From NCBI GenBank assembly GCA_043228905.1, contig JBHGNT010000098.1, forward strand, positions 27,695 to 91,694: a stretch of DNA of 64,000 bases. Direction: 5' to 3'. Position 1 is the first letter of the stretch. Every line of letters begins with the position of its first letter. Positions 33,156 through 44,109 of this stretch are shown in pieces. This DNA is from Azolla caroliniana. Lineage: Eukaryota > Plantae > Polypodiophyta. Below the pieces are notes generated by a model, which saw only the letters and a list, made by a program, of their open reading frames with translations, was not told the origin of the DNA and ran no database searches. A program made the position numbers and the translations under genes.

Positions 33156-35272
33156 TGTCATGATATGGCTTGGTATGACTCCAAAAGGATTGGAACTCAT
33201 GACCTTATGTTACACGGGCTAAACCTTTACCATTAAACCATGCATTGTAATGCAAAAGATATTATTTTCATTTATTATTTCACTATAGGAAATTCATGTA
33301 TATTCCAGATTTCTCTGGAACATTCTAGCAACTTGAGTACTCCTGATAGTACTATAAATAGAGGCACATGGCATTATTAAGAACCAATTCGGTTCAACGC
33401 CAATCTTAAGCCTCTTAGTTGTTCTTGTATCTTTCTTTAGATAATATAATATACTTCCTGTTGTCATTGTTCTCTCTCCCTCTCTCTCTCTCTTCCCCTC
33501 TCTTGCAATTCTCACACACTCGTTCCCTTCTTATAGTACTAATCCTCATTCTTCTCCTCTATCTTTAGTACTAATTATCCTTGCCTCTAGTACTATCCCT
33601 GACAGTTTGAACCGAATTGCCCATCTTCGTATCCCTCATTCCCTTCATACAAATCTTCTTATCCTTCCTTCCTCCAATACTAAGCCAACTGTTAGCGCCA
33701 AAGGATACCAATCTGTCTTCTCGGAACTGTAGTGCTTGAAAGAAAAGTTTGTAACGCTAGAACAAGAAAATCAACGGTTGTTGGGGGATCGTCAACAAAT
33801 CTCTCTAGTGAAGCAACAAATGCAACAACAAGATGGAGAGTTGGTGTTACGTGTGCAACAACTTGAAGCAACCATTGTGTCATTGCAACAACAGGGACCA
33901 TGTACTCAAGGAATTAAGAAAGAACCCAAGTTCGGTCTTCCTAGGAACTTCGATGGAACATGATCATATTTCATAGGATTCCTTAATCAAGTACTTCTCG
34001 TGATTCAAATGCATCCTTCCTATATACCACCGATGCATCACGAGTGGGACTAGTAGGCATGTTGCTTAGTGGCACAACTTTGGCATGGTTCGCTCCATTC
34101 TTAGAACAAGGATCTCCATTGTTAAATAATTTTAAGGAATTTATTAGCGAGTTTAAAGCATGTTTCGGGGACACCAACAACGTTAGGACGACAATCAATA
34201 AAATCCGAAGATTGTGTCAAGGCGATCCTCCAGCCTCAGCTTACGTTGCGGATTTTCATCTACTCGCCGTTGATATTCTTTGGGATGACCTAACATCGAT
34301 GGAACAATTTCAATATGGCCTGTGAAATGATGTCAAATATTTACTCTGGACTTTCCCCGAAGAACCAAAGTCGCTCACAGAGGCAATCAGTCAAGGGATA
34401 CGTTGCGATAACAGACTTTTCGAACGACGTTCAGAACGTTAGTTACAAACGCCAAGAATAAGGTCATAACCCACATATGCCTCAGTCGTAGCAAAACCAT
34501 TTGCAAGGGGGTCATATAATTTGGCGTGTGTGGTATTATTTAATATAATTAGTAGTCCAGAGCATCCAATGGGTTTGGGGTTACCATGGTTCGAATTACA
34601 CAATTCGAACATAGATTGGAGAACCAGAGAAATCAGGGAATCTACTCACAAGATTTCAACCATTTTACTACATCAATTGCATGAGGACGGACGCAAGGAT
34701 TCAATGTTTGTATTCGCAGTATCAATGAAACCTTCCAACACCGCTAAGGAGGAGTCAACAATTCAACTTCCAAAGAAGTATCATCATTACGCCGACGTTT
34801 TTGATCAGGTAAAAGCTAGTACTCTTCCTCACCATTGATCATATGATTGTCCCATTGATTTACAATCAGGAAAAGAGCCACCATGGGGACCGATCTACAA
34901 CTTTTCACCAACCAATCTTGAAGTTCTTCGAAGCTACATAGAGGAAAATATGGCAAATGGGTTCATTCAACATTCGAAATCTCCAGCCGGTACACCTATT
35001 TTCTTCCTTAAGAAAAAGATGGCTCACTTCATCTAGTCGTGGATTATCGTGTTTGAATAAGGTCACCATTAGGAATAGGTAGCACTTCGCTTGATCTCGA
35101 GTCTTTTTGACAGGATTAATGGCGCAAAGTTTTTCAAAAAGTTGACTGACGAGGAGCATATAACCTCGTAAGGATTCGACCGGGAGATGAATGGAAGACA
35201 ACTTTCAGCACTCGATATGGGCACTTCGAGTATATGGTTATGCCATTCGGCCTCACCAATGCACCAACAATC
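33156..35272 (+). mobile_element. Second, older Tcn1-like chromovirus (5' LTR 33156-33604, decayed gag, internally deleted pol)
   Basis: LTR homologous to 5263-5764; self-priming PBS gtttgaaccgaatt at 33605; gag/RT fragments homologous to 5841-13600. Confidence 0.88.
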
Positions 35273-36395
35273 TGACACGAAATATAAGGAATATTACTCA
35301 GCCACAACCGAGTCTCAGATTGTGTCGTTTCGAATAGAATCAGACACCGAGAATGGGAACGGAGGAGCAATACACGTGCACGCAGACAACGAGAAACAAG
35401 AGAGGGTGCACATGATGTTTACGTGGAAAACCCTAAACGGGAAAAACCACGGGAGACCACAAGCTCCAAACTATCACAATGTCTTAGAGGAATACAATAG
35501 GGGAACACAGAGGCAACGACCTGGTGATCACAATCTTTGCCTAACGGCTGTTACAATAGGGACTCACTCTATATCTCTCTCGCTCTCTGTTACGCTCTGT
35601 ACAATAGTTACACACAATAACTCTATACAATGATAATGACAACAACAACAATTCTATTTGCCCTAGGTCATATTTATACTAATATGACTTTCGGGCTATT
35701 TACAAATATGGCCTCAATGGGCTAACAGAGGACATATTTACATATATGTCCCTTCATCCGGTGAGAGGTTCTCACTGGGCCTGCGTCATCCGGTTCTCAC
35801 CGGGTCTTCCTTGCCGGGTACTCATCATCTGGTTCTCACCGGGTCTTCTGTTGCCGGGTACTCATATCCCATCTAGAGGGACTGAATTCGTAACAAACTC
35901 CCCCTTCACTCCGGCATGGGATGTCTGGTTAGTCCAATTCCCTTCCGGCATGCGCCCAACTTGTCGGGCGTCAGCCCCTTGGTCAGTATATTTGACCCAT
36001 TGTCCTCCGTGTGGATCTTCGTCAACACGAACTCTCAATCTTCCACTCGCTCTCGGATCCAGTGGTACCTCCGCTGGACGTGCTTCGTCCTGGAATGATA
36101 GGTTGTGTTCTCGCAAGGTGGATGGCACTTTGACTGTCGCAATAGAGCCGGTATTTCTCTTGCTGGATCCCTAGCTGTTCGATGAAGTCCTTCATCCATA
36201 GTATTTCCTTGCCGGCTTCCACAGCCGCCATGTACTCCGCCTCTGTGGTTGACAACGCAACCGTCTTATGTAGCCTTGACTGCCACGAAACAACTCCCCC
36301 TACATATGTCATAACATATTCCGATGTTGACTGGCTGGTATCCGCATCAGCCGACATATCTGAATCGGTGAAACCGTCAAGTTGGGGTTTACCAG
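35273..36395 (-). mobile_element. Copia (Tork-like) element F: 3' LTR 35273-35895 plus RNase H fragment
   Basis: LTR related to B/C/D, ending taaca then actcccccttca (PPT complement). DGFTDSDMSADADT...ALSTTEAEY. Confidence 0.88.
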
Positions 36396-37792
36396 TGTCA
36401 TGGACAACTATAATAGAGTAGAACAAAGATAAGACTAGAGAACAAGAGAGAGTAAAAGAACAAGAACTCAAATTATAGAACCCGTAACTTTTGTTGTTCA
36501 CCTTGATTAGAATCAAGGTGCACATGAGTATTTATACTAGAAGGTAGGGCTATGTAAGCTAGCTAGAAATAGAGTATGCATGAGGATGCATGCAATAGAG
36601 AATGCATGAGGATGCATGCAAGCTAGAAAATGAGAATACATGCAAGCTAGGAACTTCCAATGTTGAATCTACACTATATGAAGTTGAATTAAACACAATG
36701 GTGCATATGTAGCTCAAGTGGTAGGGTTGCCCAACTGAGACCACGAGGTCTTGGGTTCAATCCCTACCTTCTTTCGTGGCATATGTCTATGAAATTATCC
36801 TCCCTCTAAGGTCGTCTCCTAACACCCACGACCGGTTTATGAGGGTATCGTTGATGAAAAGCATGAATTGCCTCCGGTGCATTTTGTAAATGTGTAATTG
36901 GTTCCCATGTGGCGTCCGAAAGAGGGTAACCTTTCCATAAGACCAAGTATTAAAGTCTCCCTCGACGTAAGCGAGAGTCGAGGATCTGGTCAACCTCATA
37001 CTCCTCACCGGTCGATAATTCCATGGGTGGCGGCGGAGGAGGTCGTCGTCCCGGAATGCGAGAAGGATGATAGAGTTCGAGGAGAAAGGCGTGGAAAACA
37101 TTGTGAAGCCGAAATGTGGGGGGAAGCAATAACCGGAAGGCGACTGGGTTAACGTGCTCGAGGATACGGAAGGGGCCTAGCTTTTTGTAGTCGATCTTCG
37201 CGCAGGGACGGGTGGTTGCGATGTGCCGACATAGCCACCAAACCATGTCACCGAGCTTTATACTGTTTGCCAGCGGCACGGAGTTTGAGGGCGAGGTCAC
37301 GATGAACATCTTGTAAGGTGTGGGCACGCTTCTCGGCCGACGGATTGATGGATATCTCCGAAATGGAAATATTGAACCGAGGGTGGAACTGTAATTTGCA
37401 AAGAATGGAGAAACCTTATTTGAGGCATGGATACTGTTATTGTAGGCAAATTCCGCCATGGCAAGGAGGTCCACCCAATCGTCTTATTGGTAGCTAACTG
37501 TACATCATAGGTATTGTTCGAGGATTTGGTTGACGCTTTCGGTTTGGCCATCCGTTTGAGGGTGGTGCGCAGTTGACAAGTTCACAGAAGTCTTGAATGT
37601 CTATAGAAGTCAGCACCAAAACTGGGAGATAAATTGAGGACCTCGATCAAAAGTGACATCCTCAGGCAAACCGTGTAAGCGGACGACATTTTTCAGAAAA
37701 AGGGTAGTTGTCTCCTCCCCGGAAATGGTTTTCGAACATGGGACAAAGTGAGCCATCTTCGAAAACCGATCGATGACCACTAGCACCGTGTC

Positions 37793-40700
37793 TGTAGAGA
37801 GTAGACCCTTCTATTCACCTTCTCCACTCGGCCACAACCGAGTAAGCGCGAATCAATGGAACAGAAAATAGGAACCACACGGAGAAACAAAAACGCGAGT
37901 ACACAGGGATTAACGTGGAAAACCCTAGATGGGAAAAACCACGGGAGTACAAGACTTCCAAACCAACACTGTACAGAGAAATATACAATGGCGAGCTGCA
38001 AGGCAACGACCTTGAGCTCGCTGTCCTCGCCACAGGCGGCGGTATTACACAGAGGCAACGACCTCTTCGTCTTTCTCTCTCTCTCTCTCTCGGCTGCACT
38101 CTTCACTCTCTCTCAGTGAGAACAGAAAATGAGCAACAACTTACAGCAGCAATAAACAGTTTGCCCTAAGTCATATTTATACACATATGACTTTCGGGCT
38201 ATTTACAAATATAGCCTCAAGGGCCCTTGGCAAACATATTCACAAATATGTCCCCGCATCCGGATCTCTCTCCGGGTACACTCATCATCCGGCTCCGTAG
38301 CCGGGGTCTTCATCATCCGGCTCCGTAGCCGGGTCTTCGTCATCCGGCTCCGTAACCGGGGTCTCTTCATCCGGCTTCATGCCGGGTACTATTCATCATC
38401 CGGTTCCGTAATCGCAACCAGGCTTGCCGTCATTCATCTCCGGACATCCCATCCGGAGGGACCGTAAATCCCAACAAACTCCCCCTTCACTTCGGCATGG
38501 GATGTCTTTCCAGTCCGACCCTCTTCCGGCACGCTTCTAGCTTGTCGGGTGTGAGCACTTTGGTCAGCATATCTGACCCGTTCTCGTCCGTGTGGATCTT
38601 CGTTAGCACGAACTCCTGGTCTTCTATCCTTTCCCGGATCCAGTGATATCTTCGCTGGATGTGCTTCGTCCGGGAGTGATAGGCCGCGTTCTTCGCAAGG
38701 TGGATGGCACTCTGACTGTCGCAGTAGAGTCGGTACTCCTCCTGCTGGATACCGAGCTCTCTAATGAAGTCCTTCATCCATATTATTTCCTTGCCGGCTT
38801 CAACAGCCGCCATGTACTCCGCCTCCGTGGTTGACAACGCAACCGTCTTCTGCAGCCTTGACTGCCATGAAACGGCTCCCCCTGCATACGTCATCACATA
38901 CCCTGATGTGGACCGGCTGGTATCTGCATCAGCCGACATATCCGAATCGGTGAAACCGTCGAGTTCGGGCTTTCCGGAGCCGAATCGGAGGCACACGTTT
39001 GCCGTGCCCTTCAGGTATCGGAGTATCCATTTGACCGCGTTCCAATGCTCTTTGCCGGGGTTACTCATGTACCGGCTCACCACTCCGACTGCATATCCTA
39101 TGTCCGGTCTTGTACACACCATTGCGTACATCAAGCTTCCGACGGCAGAGGCATATGGTACTTTCATCATGTCCTCCTTCTCAGCCTTTGTCTTGGGACT
39201 TTGCTTGCCGGATAACTTGCAGTTTGTCGGGAGGGTTGATCCGACCGGTCTTGCTTCCGACATGTTGAACCGTTGAAGCACCTTTGTCACGTACTTCTCC
39301 TGTGACAGCCACAACTGCTTCTTCTTCCGGTCCCGGATGATGTGCATCCCTAGTATTTGTCTCGCCGGACCCAAGTCCTTCATTGAGAAGGTTCGGTGTA
39401 GAGCCTTCTTCAGCATCCGTATCTTGACCTGGTCCCGTCCGACGATCAACATGTCGTCCACGTACAGGAGGAGTATTAGAGAGTCTCCTCCTTCTAACTT
39501 CTTCACAAACACGCAGTGATCGGACTGCGTTTTGTGGTACCCTTCGTCTGTCATGAAGGAGTCGAACTTCCGGTACCATTGTCGGGGAGCCTGCTTCAGA
39601 CCGTAAAGGCTCTTCTTCAACCGGCATACCAGGTGCTCCTTCCCTTTCTTCTCGAATCCTTCCGGTTGCTGCATGTAGATCTCTTCTTCGAGGTCACCGT
39701 GAAGAAATGCCGTCTTCACGTCCATCTGTTCTACCTCGAGGTCCATGCTTGCCGCTATGCTCAGCACCGTCCGGATGGAGGTCATCTTCACTACCGGGGC
39801 AAATATCTCGTCGAAGTCGACGCCCTTCTTCTGCTGAAACCCCTTCACCACGATCCTGGCTTTGTATCTCGGGGGGTTTCCGGCATCTCCCGGTTTCAGC
39901 TTGAACACCCACTTGTTTCGGAGTGCTCGCTTTCCTTTCGGCAACTCCACTAGTTCATATGTGTGGTTCTCATGCAGGGAATCCATCTCGTCCTGCATGG
40001 CACTCAACCACCTGCGGCTCTGGGTGTCGTGCTTTGCTTCTTCAAAGCTCTCCGGCTCCCCCTCGTCGGTTAGCAGCACGTGCTCTGGTTCCGGAAATCT
40101 CCGGGGGGCCCTTCTCTCCCTTAGAGGATATCTCCGTTCCGGAGCTTCGGTAACCGGCTCCTCCGTTTCCTCTTCATCCGAATCCATTTCGGGATCGGGG
40201 CCGGTTCCGGTATCAATTTCATCTTCCTCGGCCGGTTCTGTTTCTTCACCGTCTTCGGCCGAATCCTCGAGTGCTAGCCGGTCCCTTGCCGGTCGGGACT
40301 GCTCCTCATAGAGTTGATCCTCACCGGTCGACTTGGAGCTCTTCATCTTCTTCTCCGACTCCCAGTCGGCGAGTGTCTTGTCCTCCATGAAGATGATGTC
40401 TCGACTCCTGAATATCTTCTTGTCGACCGGGTCCCATACTCGGTAGCCGAACTCGTCATCGCCGTAACCGAGGAATATGCATGGCCGGGTCTTTGGATCT
40501 AGCTTTCCTCTCCGGTCCTTTGCCACATGCACGTATGCGAGACACCCGAACACCTTCAGATGCCGGTAGGACACTTCCTTACCGGTCCACACTTTCTGCG
40601 GCGTGTCTCCGTCCAAAGGTACTGAGGGTGATCTGTTTATCACGTATGTCGCCGTCGACATTGCCTCAGCCCAAAACCCCTTGGGTAATTTCGCATGCGC

Positions 40701-43274
40701 CAGCATACTCCGGACCCTCTCCATTATGGTCCGGTTCATCCTCTCGGCCAGCCCGTTCAGTTCCGGCGTCTTCGGCACAGTAAACTCGAGTCGGATTCCC
40801 TTCGAGCGACAGTACTGCTGGAACTGCCCCCGGTATTCCCCTCCGTTATCCGCTCGTATCGCTTTCAGCTTCTTGCCGGATTCCCTTTCCACTCTCGCGT
40901 GGAGTTCTTTGAAGACGCCCAACACTTGGTCCTTTGTCTTCAACGGTGCCGTCCACAGCTTCCGGCTGTGATCATCTATGAATGTTACGAAGTACTGGGC
41001 TCCGCCATGTGACTTCGTTTCTACCTGACACACATCAGTATGCACCAACTCCAATGGTGCGCTACGTCTCGTTGGTGGCCTTGAGTGGAAGGAGGTTCGG
41101 TTCTGCTTACCGGCCAGGCAATCGGTGCACTTCTCCAGGTGCACATGCTTCACTGGAATGAGGTTGTCTTCTGCAAGCCTCTTCATCCCCTTCTCGCTCA
41201 TGTGGCACAGTCTCTTGTGCCACAGCTCACCGGCAGTGTCAGCTGCCACGTTCAGCTCCTCCGGACATAGCCGGGAATTCATCAGGTACAGTGTGTTGAC
41301 CTTCCGGGCCCGAGCCACTATCAGGCTCCCCTTGCTGAACTTCATGACACCGTTCCGGATGCTACCCGTGTAGCCTTCATCATCTAGCCTCCCGGCCGAG
41401 ATCAGGTTCAATCGAACCTCCGGAACGTGTCGGACATCCTTCAGCAGCATCTTGCATCCGGTTGATGTCATCAGCCACACGTCTCCTATGCCGGCAATCC
41501 GGCATGTACCTTCATTTCCCATCCGGACACAGCCGTGCTCACCGGCTGTGTAGGATGAGAAGTATTTCTTCTCCGGGGTCAGGTGGAACGACGCTCCGGA
41601 ATCGACCACCCAGGTCATCTCTTCACCGGCAATGTTCAGCTCCCTCTCTTCGGTAATGAGCATTATCTCTTCTTCACTTGCCGCGAGTGCCGTCGTTCCT
41701 TTCCGGTCCTGCCCTCGCCGATCCGGACCTCTCCGGTCCGTGGCTCCCCGGTATGCACCGTTTCTCTCCGGTGACTTCTTCGAATCGGTGCCGTCGGCTC
41801 CGTTGTCTTTTCGGTAATGCCGACAATTCTTCCGGAAGTGCCCCGGCTTCCCACAGTGGAAGCATGTGGGCCTTCCTCTTGACTGCGACCGGGTCCCCGA
41901 CTTCTCCCGTCTTTGCGGACTCCGGTTGCATTGTCTTCCCCGTTCCGATTCGGTAAGCAGCGCCTTCGAGTCGGAGGCCGGTTCTTTATCTCTCCGACGC
42001 GCTTCTTCGTTCAAAATACTTGTCTTTACCGTTTGTAGAGACAAGTTATCTTCGGTGCAGGAGGTGCTGAGGGTCACCACCAAGTTCTCCCAGCTTTCCG
42101 GCAATGTACACATCAGAATGATGGCTTGCATTGCATCCTCCAACGGGAACTTGATCGCCGCAAGCTGGTTCACGAATCCCATGAACGTGCTTACGTGTTC
42201 GACCATGCTCTCGCCGTCCCGGTACTTAAGATTCACTATCTTCCTCATCAGGGAGGTCCGGTTCAACGCATTCTTCCTCTCATACAGTCCGGACAGCTTC
42301 CGCCACATCTCATAGGCGTTCGTATCGTTCGCCACATGTTGCAGGACACTTACATCGACATATTGCCGGATCGTCGCTACGGCTTTCCGGTTCAGAAGCT
42401 TCCATTCCGACTCAAGTACTCCCTTCGGTATTTCCGACCTGTCAATCGGTTCGTACAGGTCCCGAACAATTAGAAGATCTTCCATCTTGATCTTCCAGTC
42501 GGCGTAGTTCTGCGCATTCAGCACCATCATGCCCGGAGGCCCACTACCGCCGCCTTCCATTTTCTGTGTTGCCGTTGCTCTGATACCAGTTTGTAGAGAG
42601 TAGACCCTTCTATTCACCTTCTCCACTCGGCCACAACCGAGTAAGCGCGAATCAATGGAACAGAAAATAGGAACCACACGGAGAAACAAAAACGCGAGTA
42701 CACAGGGATTAACGTGGAAAACCCTAGATGGGAAAAACCACGGGAGTACAAGACTCCAAACCAACACTGTACAGAGAAATATACAATGGCGAGCTGCAAG
42801 GCAACGACCTTGAGCTCGCTGTCCTCGCCACAGGCGGCGGTATTACACAGAGGCAACGACCTCTTCGTCTTTCTCTCTCTCTCTCTCTCGGCTGCACTCT
42901 TCACTCTCTCTCAGTGAGAACAAAAAATGAGCAACAACTTACAGCAGCAATAAACAGTTTGCCCTAAGTCATATTTATACACATATGACTTTTGGGCTAT
43001 TTACAAATATAGCCTCAAGGGCCCTTGGCAAACATATTCACAAATATGTCCCCGCATCCGGATCTCTCTCCGGGTACACTCATCATCCGGCTCCGTAGCC
43101 GGGGTCTTCATCATCCGGCTCCGTAGCCGGGTCTTCGTCATCCGGCTCCGTAACCGGGGTCTCTTCATCCGGCTTCATGCCGGGTACTATTCATCATCCG
43201 GTTCCGTAATCGCAACCGGGCTTGCCGTCATTCATCTCCGGACATCCCATCCGGAGGGACCGTAAATCCCAACA
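37793..43274 (-). mobile_element. Ty1/Copia (Tork/Tnt1-like) element C, intact
   Basis: LTRs 37793-38476 and 42592-43274 (about 3 substitutions, 1 indel); TSD GTGTC; iMet PBS 42577-42588; PPT. Confidence 0.97.
38487..42560 (-). CDS. Intact Copia gag-pol polyprotein (1357 aa)
   Basis: Uninterrupted ORF from MEGGGSG: gag, CCHC, protease (VVDSGA), integrase, RT (YVDD), RNase H. Confidence 0.96.
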   Translation of the reverse strand: MEGGGSGPPGMMVLNAQNYADWKIKMEDLLIVRDLYEPIDRSEIPKGVLESEWKLLNRKAVATIRQYVDVSVLQHVANDTNAYEMWRKLSGLYERKNALNRTSLMRKIVNLKYRDGESMVEHVSTFMGFVNQLAAIKFPLEDAMQAIILMCTLPESWENLVVTLSTSCTEDNLSLQTVKTSILNEEARRRDKEPASDSKALLTESERGRQCNRSPQRREKSGTRSQSRGRPTCFHCGKPGHFRKNCRHYRKDNGADGTDSKKSPERNGAYRGATDRRGPDRRGQDRKGTTALAASEEEIMLITEERELNIAGEEMTWVVDSGASFHLTPEKKYFSSYTAGEHGCVRMGNEGTCRIAGIGDVWLMTSTGCKMLLKDVRHVPEVRLNLISAGRLDDEGYTGSIRNGVMKFSKGSLIVARARKVNTLYLMNSRLCPEELNVAADTAGELWHKRLCHMSEKGMKRLAEDNLIPVKHVHLEKCTDCLAGKQNRTSFHSRPPTRRSAPLELVHTDVCQVETKSHGGAQYFVTFIDDHSRKLWTAPLKTKDQVLGVFKELHARVERESGKKLKAIRADNGGEYRGQFQQYCRSKGIRLEFTVPKTPELNGLAERMNRTIMERVRSMLAHAKLPKGFWAEAMSTATYVINRSPSVPLDGDTPQKVWTGKEVSYRHLKVFGCLAYVHVAKDRRGKLDPKTRPCIFLGYGDDEFGYRVWDPVDKKIFRSRDIIFMEDKTLADWESEKKMKSSKSTGEDQLYEEQSRPARDRLALEDSAEDGEETEPAEEDEIDTGTGPDPEMDSDEEETEEPVTEAPERRYPLRERRAPRRFPEPEHVLLTDEGEPESFEEAKHDTQSRRWLSAMQDEMDSLHENHTYELVELPKGKRALRNKWVFKLKPGDAGNPPRYKARIVVKGFQQKKGVDFDEIFAPVVKMTSIRTVLSIAASMDLEVEQMDVKTAFLHGDLEEEIYMQQPEGFEKKGKEHLVCRLKKSLYGLKQAPRQWYRKFDSFMTDEGYHKTQSDHCVFVKKLEGGDSLILLLYVDDMLIVGRDQVKIRMLKKALHRTFSMKDLGPARQILGMHIIRDRKKKQLWLSQEKYVTKVLQRFNMSEARPVGSTLPTNCKLSGKQSPKTKAEKEDMMKVPYASAVGSLMYAMVCTRPDIGYAVGVVSRYMSNPGKEHWNAVKWILRYLKGTANVCLRFGSGKPELDGFTDSDMSADADTSRSTSGYVMTYAGGAVSWQSRLQKTVALSTTEAEYMAAVEAGKEIIWMKDFIRELGIQQEEYRLYCDSQSAIHLAKNAAYHSRTKHIQRRYHWIRERIEDQEFVLTKIHTDENGSDMLTKVLTPDKLEACRKRVGLERHPMPK

Positions 43275-44064
43275 GTGTCATGGTCACTGACTCGAGGAAG
43301 GTCGGTGATAATGTCCATGGAGAGAGAAGCCCAAGGTCGACTAGGGATTGGAAGTGGGTGTAGAAGGCCGTATGGACGATGATGAGCCGCTTTGGAGCGA
43401 GCACAGACATCACAAGTTTTGATAAATTCTTTGACCAATTTCTAATGTTGAGGCCACCAAAACCCCCGAGAAAGCAATGCCAATGTTTTGGCGACCCCAA
43501 AGTGTCCGACAAGAGGATCATCATGGAAAGTTTGTAGAACTTAGAGGCAACATGGGCCAACTGGTACGTAAAGGAGGTGATTACGATAGAGTAGCCCATC
43601 CTGAGTTGTAAAGTGTTACCGACTAGGAACACGGTCTACGTCCAGTCCTTCGACCTAGACCTCCAAGTGACTGTGTGACAACGAATGGTAGCATCTATGC
43701 GTAATACTTAGTGGGATATTCCCCGTAACGTAGCAACGTATAAGGGAGATGGCTACAACTGAGCTCCTTTGAAAGTGGGCTAGCGCACACACCGTTACTT
43801 ACTCCTACGCTCTCAAGTATTACAGACACACAATAGATTAGCCGTAGCTACACACAGATATTAGAGAAGATAGAACTCTATCACGATATGCCTCTTACAT
43901 TCAAAATTACACGCTACCTCTATTAGAGGTTTTTTGCCCTTTATATACACAGGGTCTTTTAGCCGTTCACGCTTCTCGCGTGAACTGTTACATGCGTTAC
44001 AAAATTATTCTATTCCATATTACTACGCTCTTGACCATCGGTTACTATTCCGGCGGACAACACC

Positions 44065-44105
44065 TGGCACGCCTATGGGACAGTGCCATGGCACATCGGA
44101 CCCAT
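44065..44105 (+). promoter_or_regulatory. tRNA-Arg(UCU)-complementary site in place of PPT (second example)
   Basis: TGGCACGCCTATGGGAC starts 2 nt from the LTR, followed by hairpin AGTGCCATGGCACA and TCGGACCCAT. Confidence 0.7.
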
Positions 44106-44109
44106 CCCT

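Larger units (their letters stand above)
36396..43613 (-). mobile_element. Chromovirus G: 3' LTR (36396 to about 36794), chromodomain and integrase; interrupted by Copia C and the element at 43614
   Basis: PPT complement atcctccctct near 36797. EEYEVDQILDSR, GPFRI, FAYNNS; CDVC...PYGLLHPLPIP resumes at 43280-43613. Confidence 0.88.

Noticed and set aside
36703-36770. Functional tRNA gene
   Set aside because: A and B boxes are present, but there is no coherent anticodon or acceptor stem and it lies within an LTR; reported as a tRNA-like cassette instead.
42561-42767. N-terminal extension of the 1426-aa ORF (similarly 12174-12227 and 60992-61045)
   Set aside because: Runs through the PBS and LTR from non-ATG starts; all three copies share the ATG of MEGGGSG.
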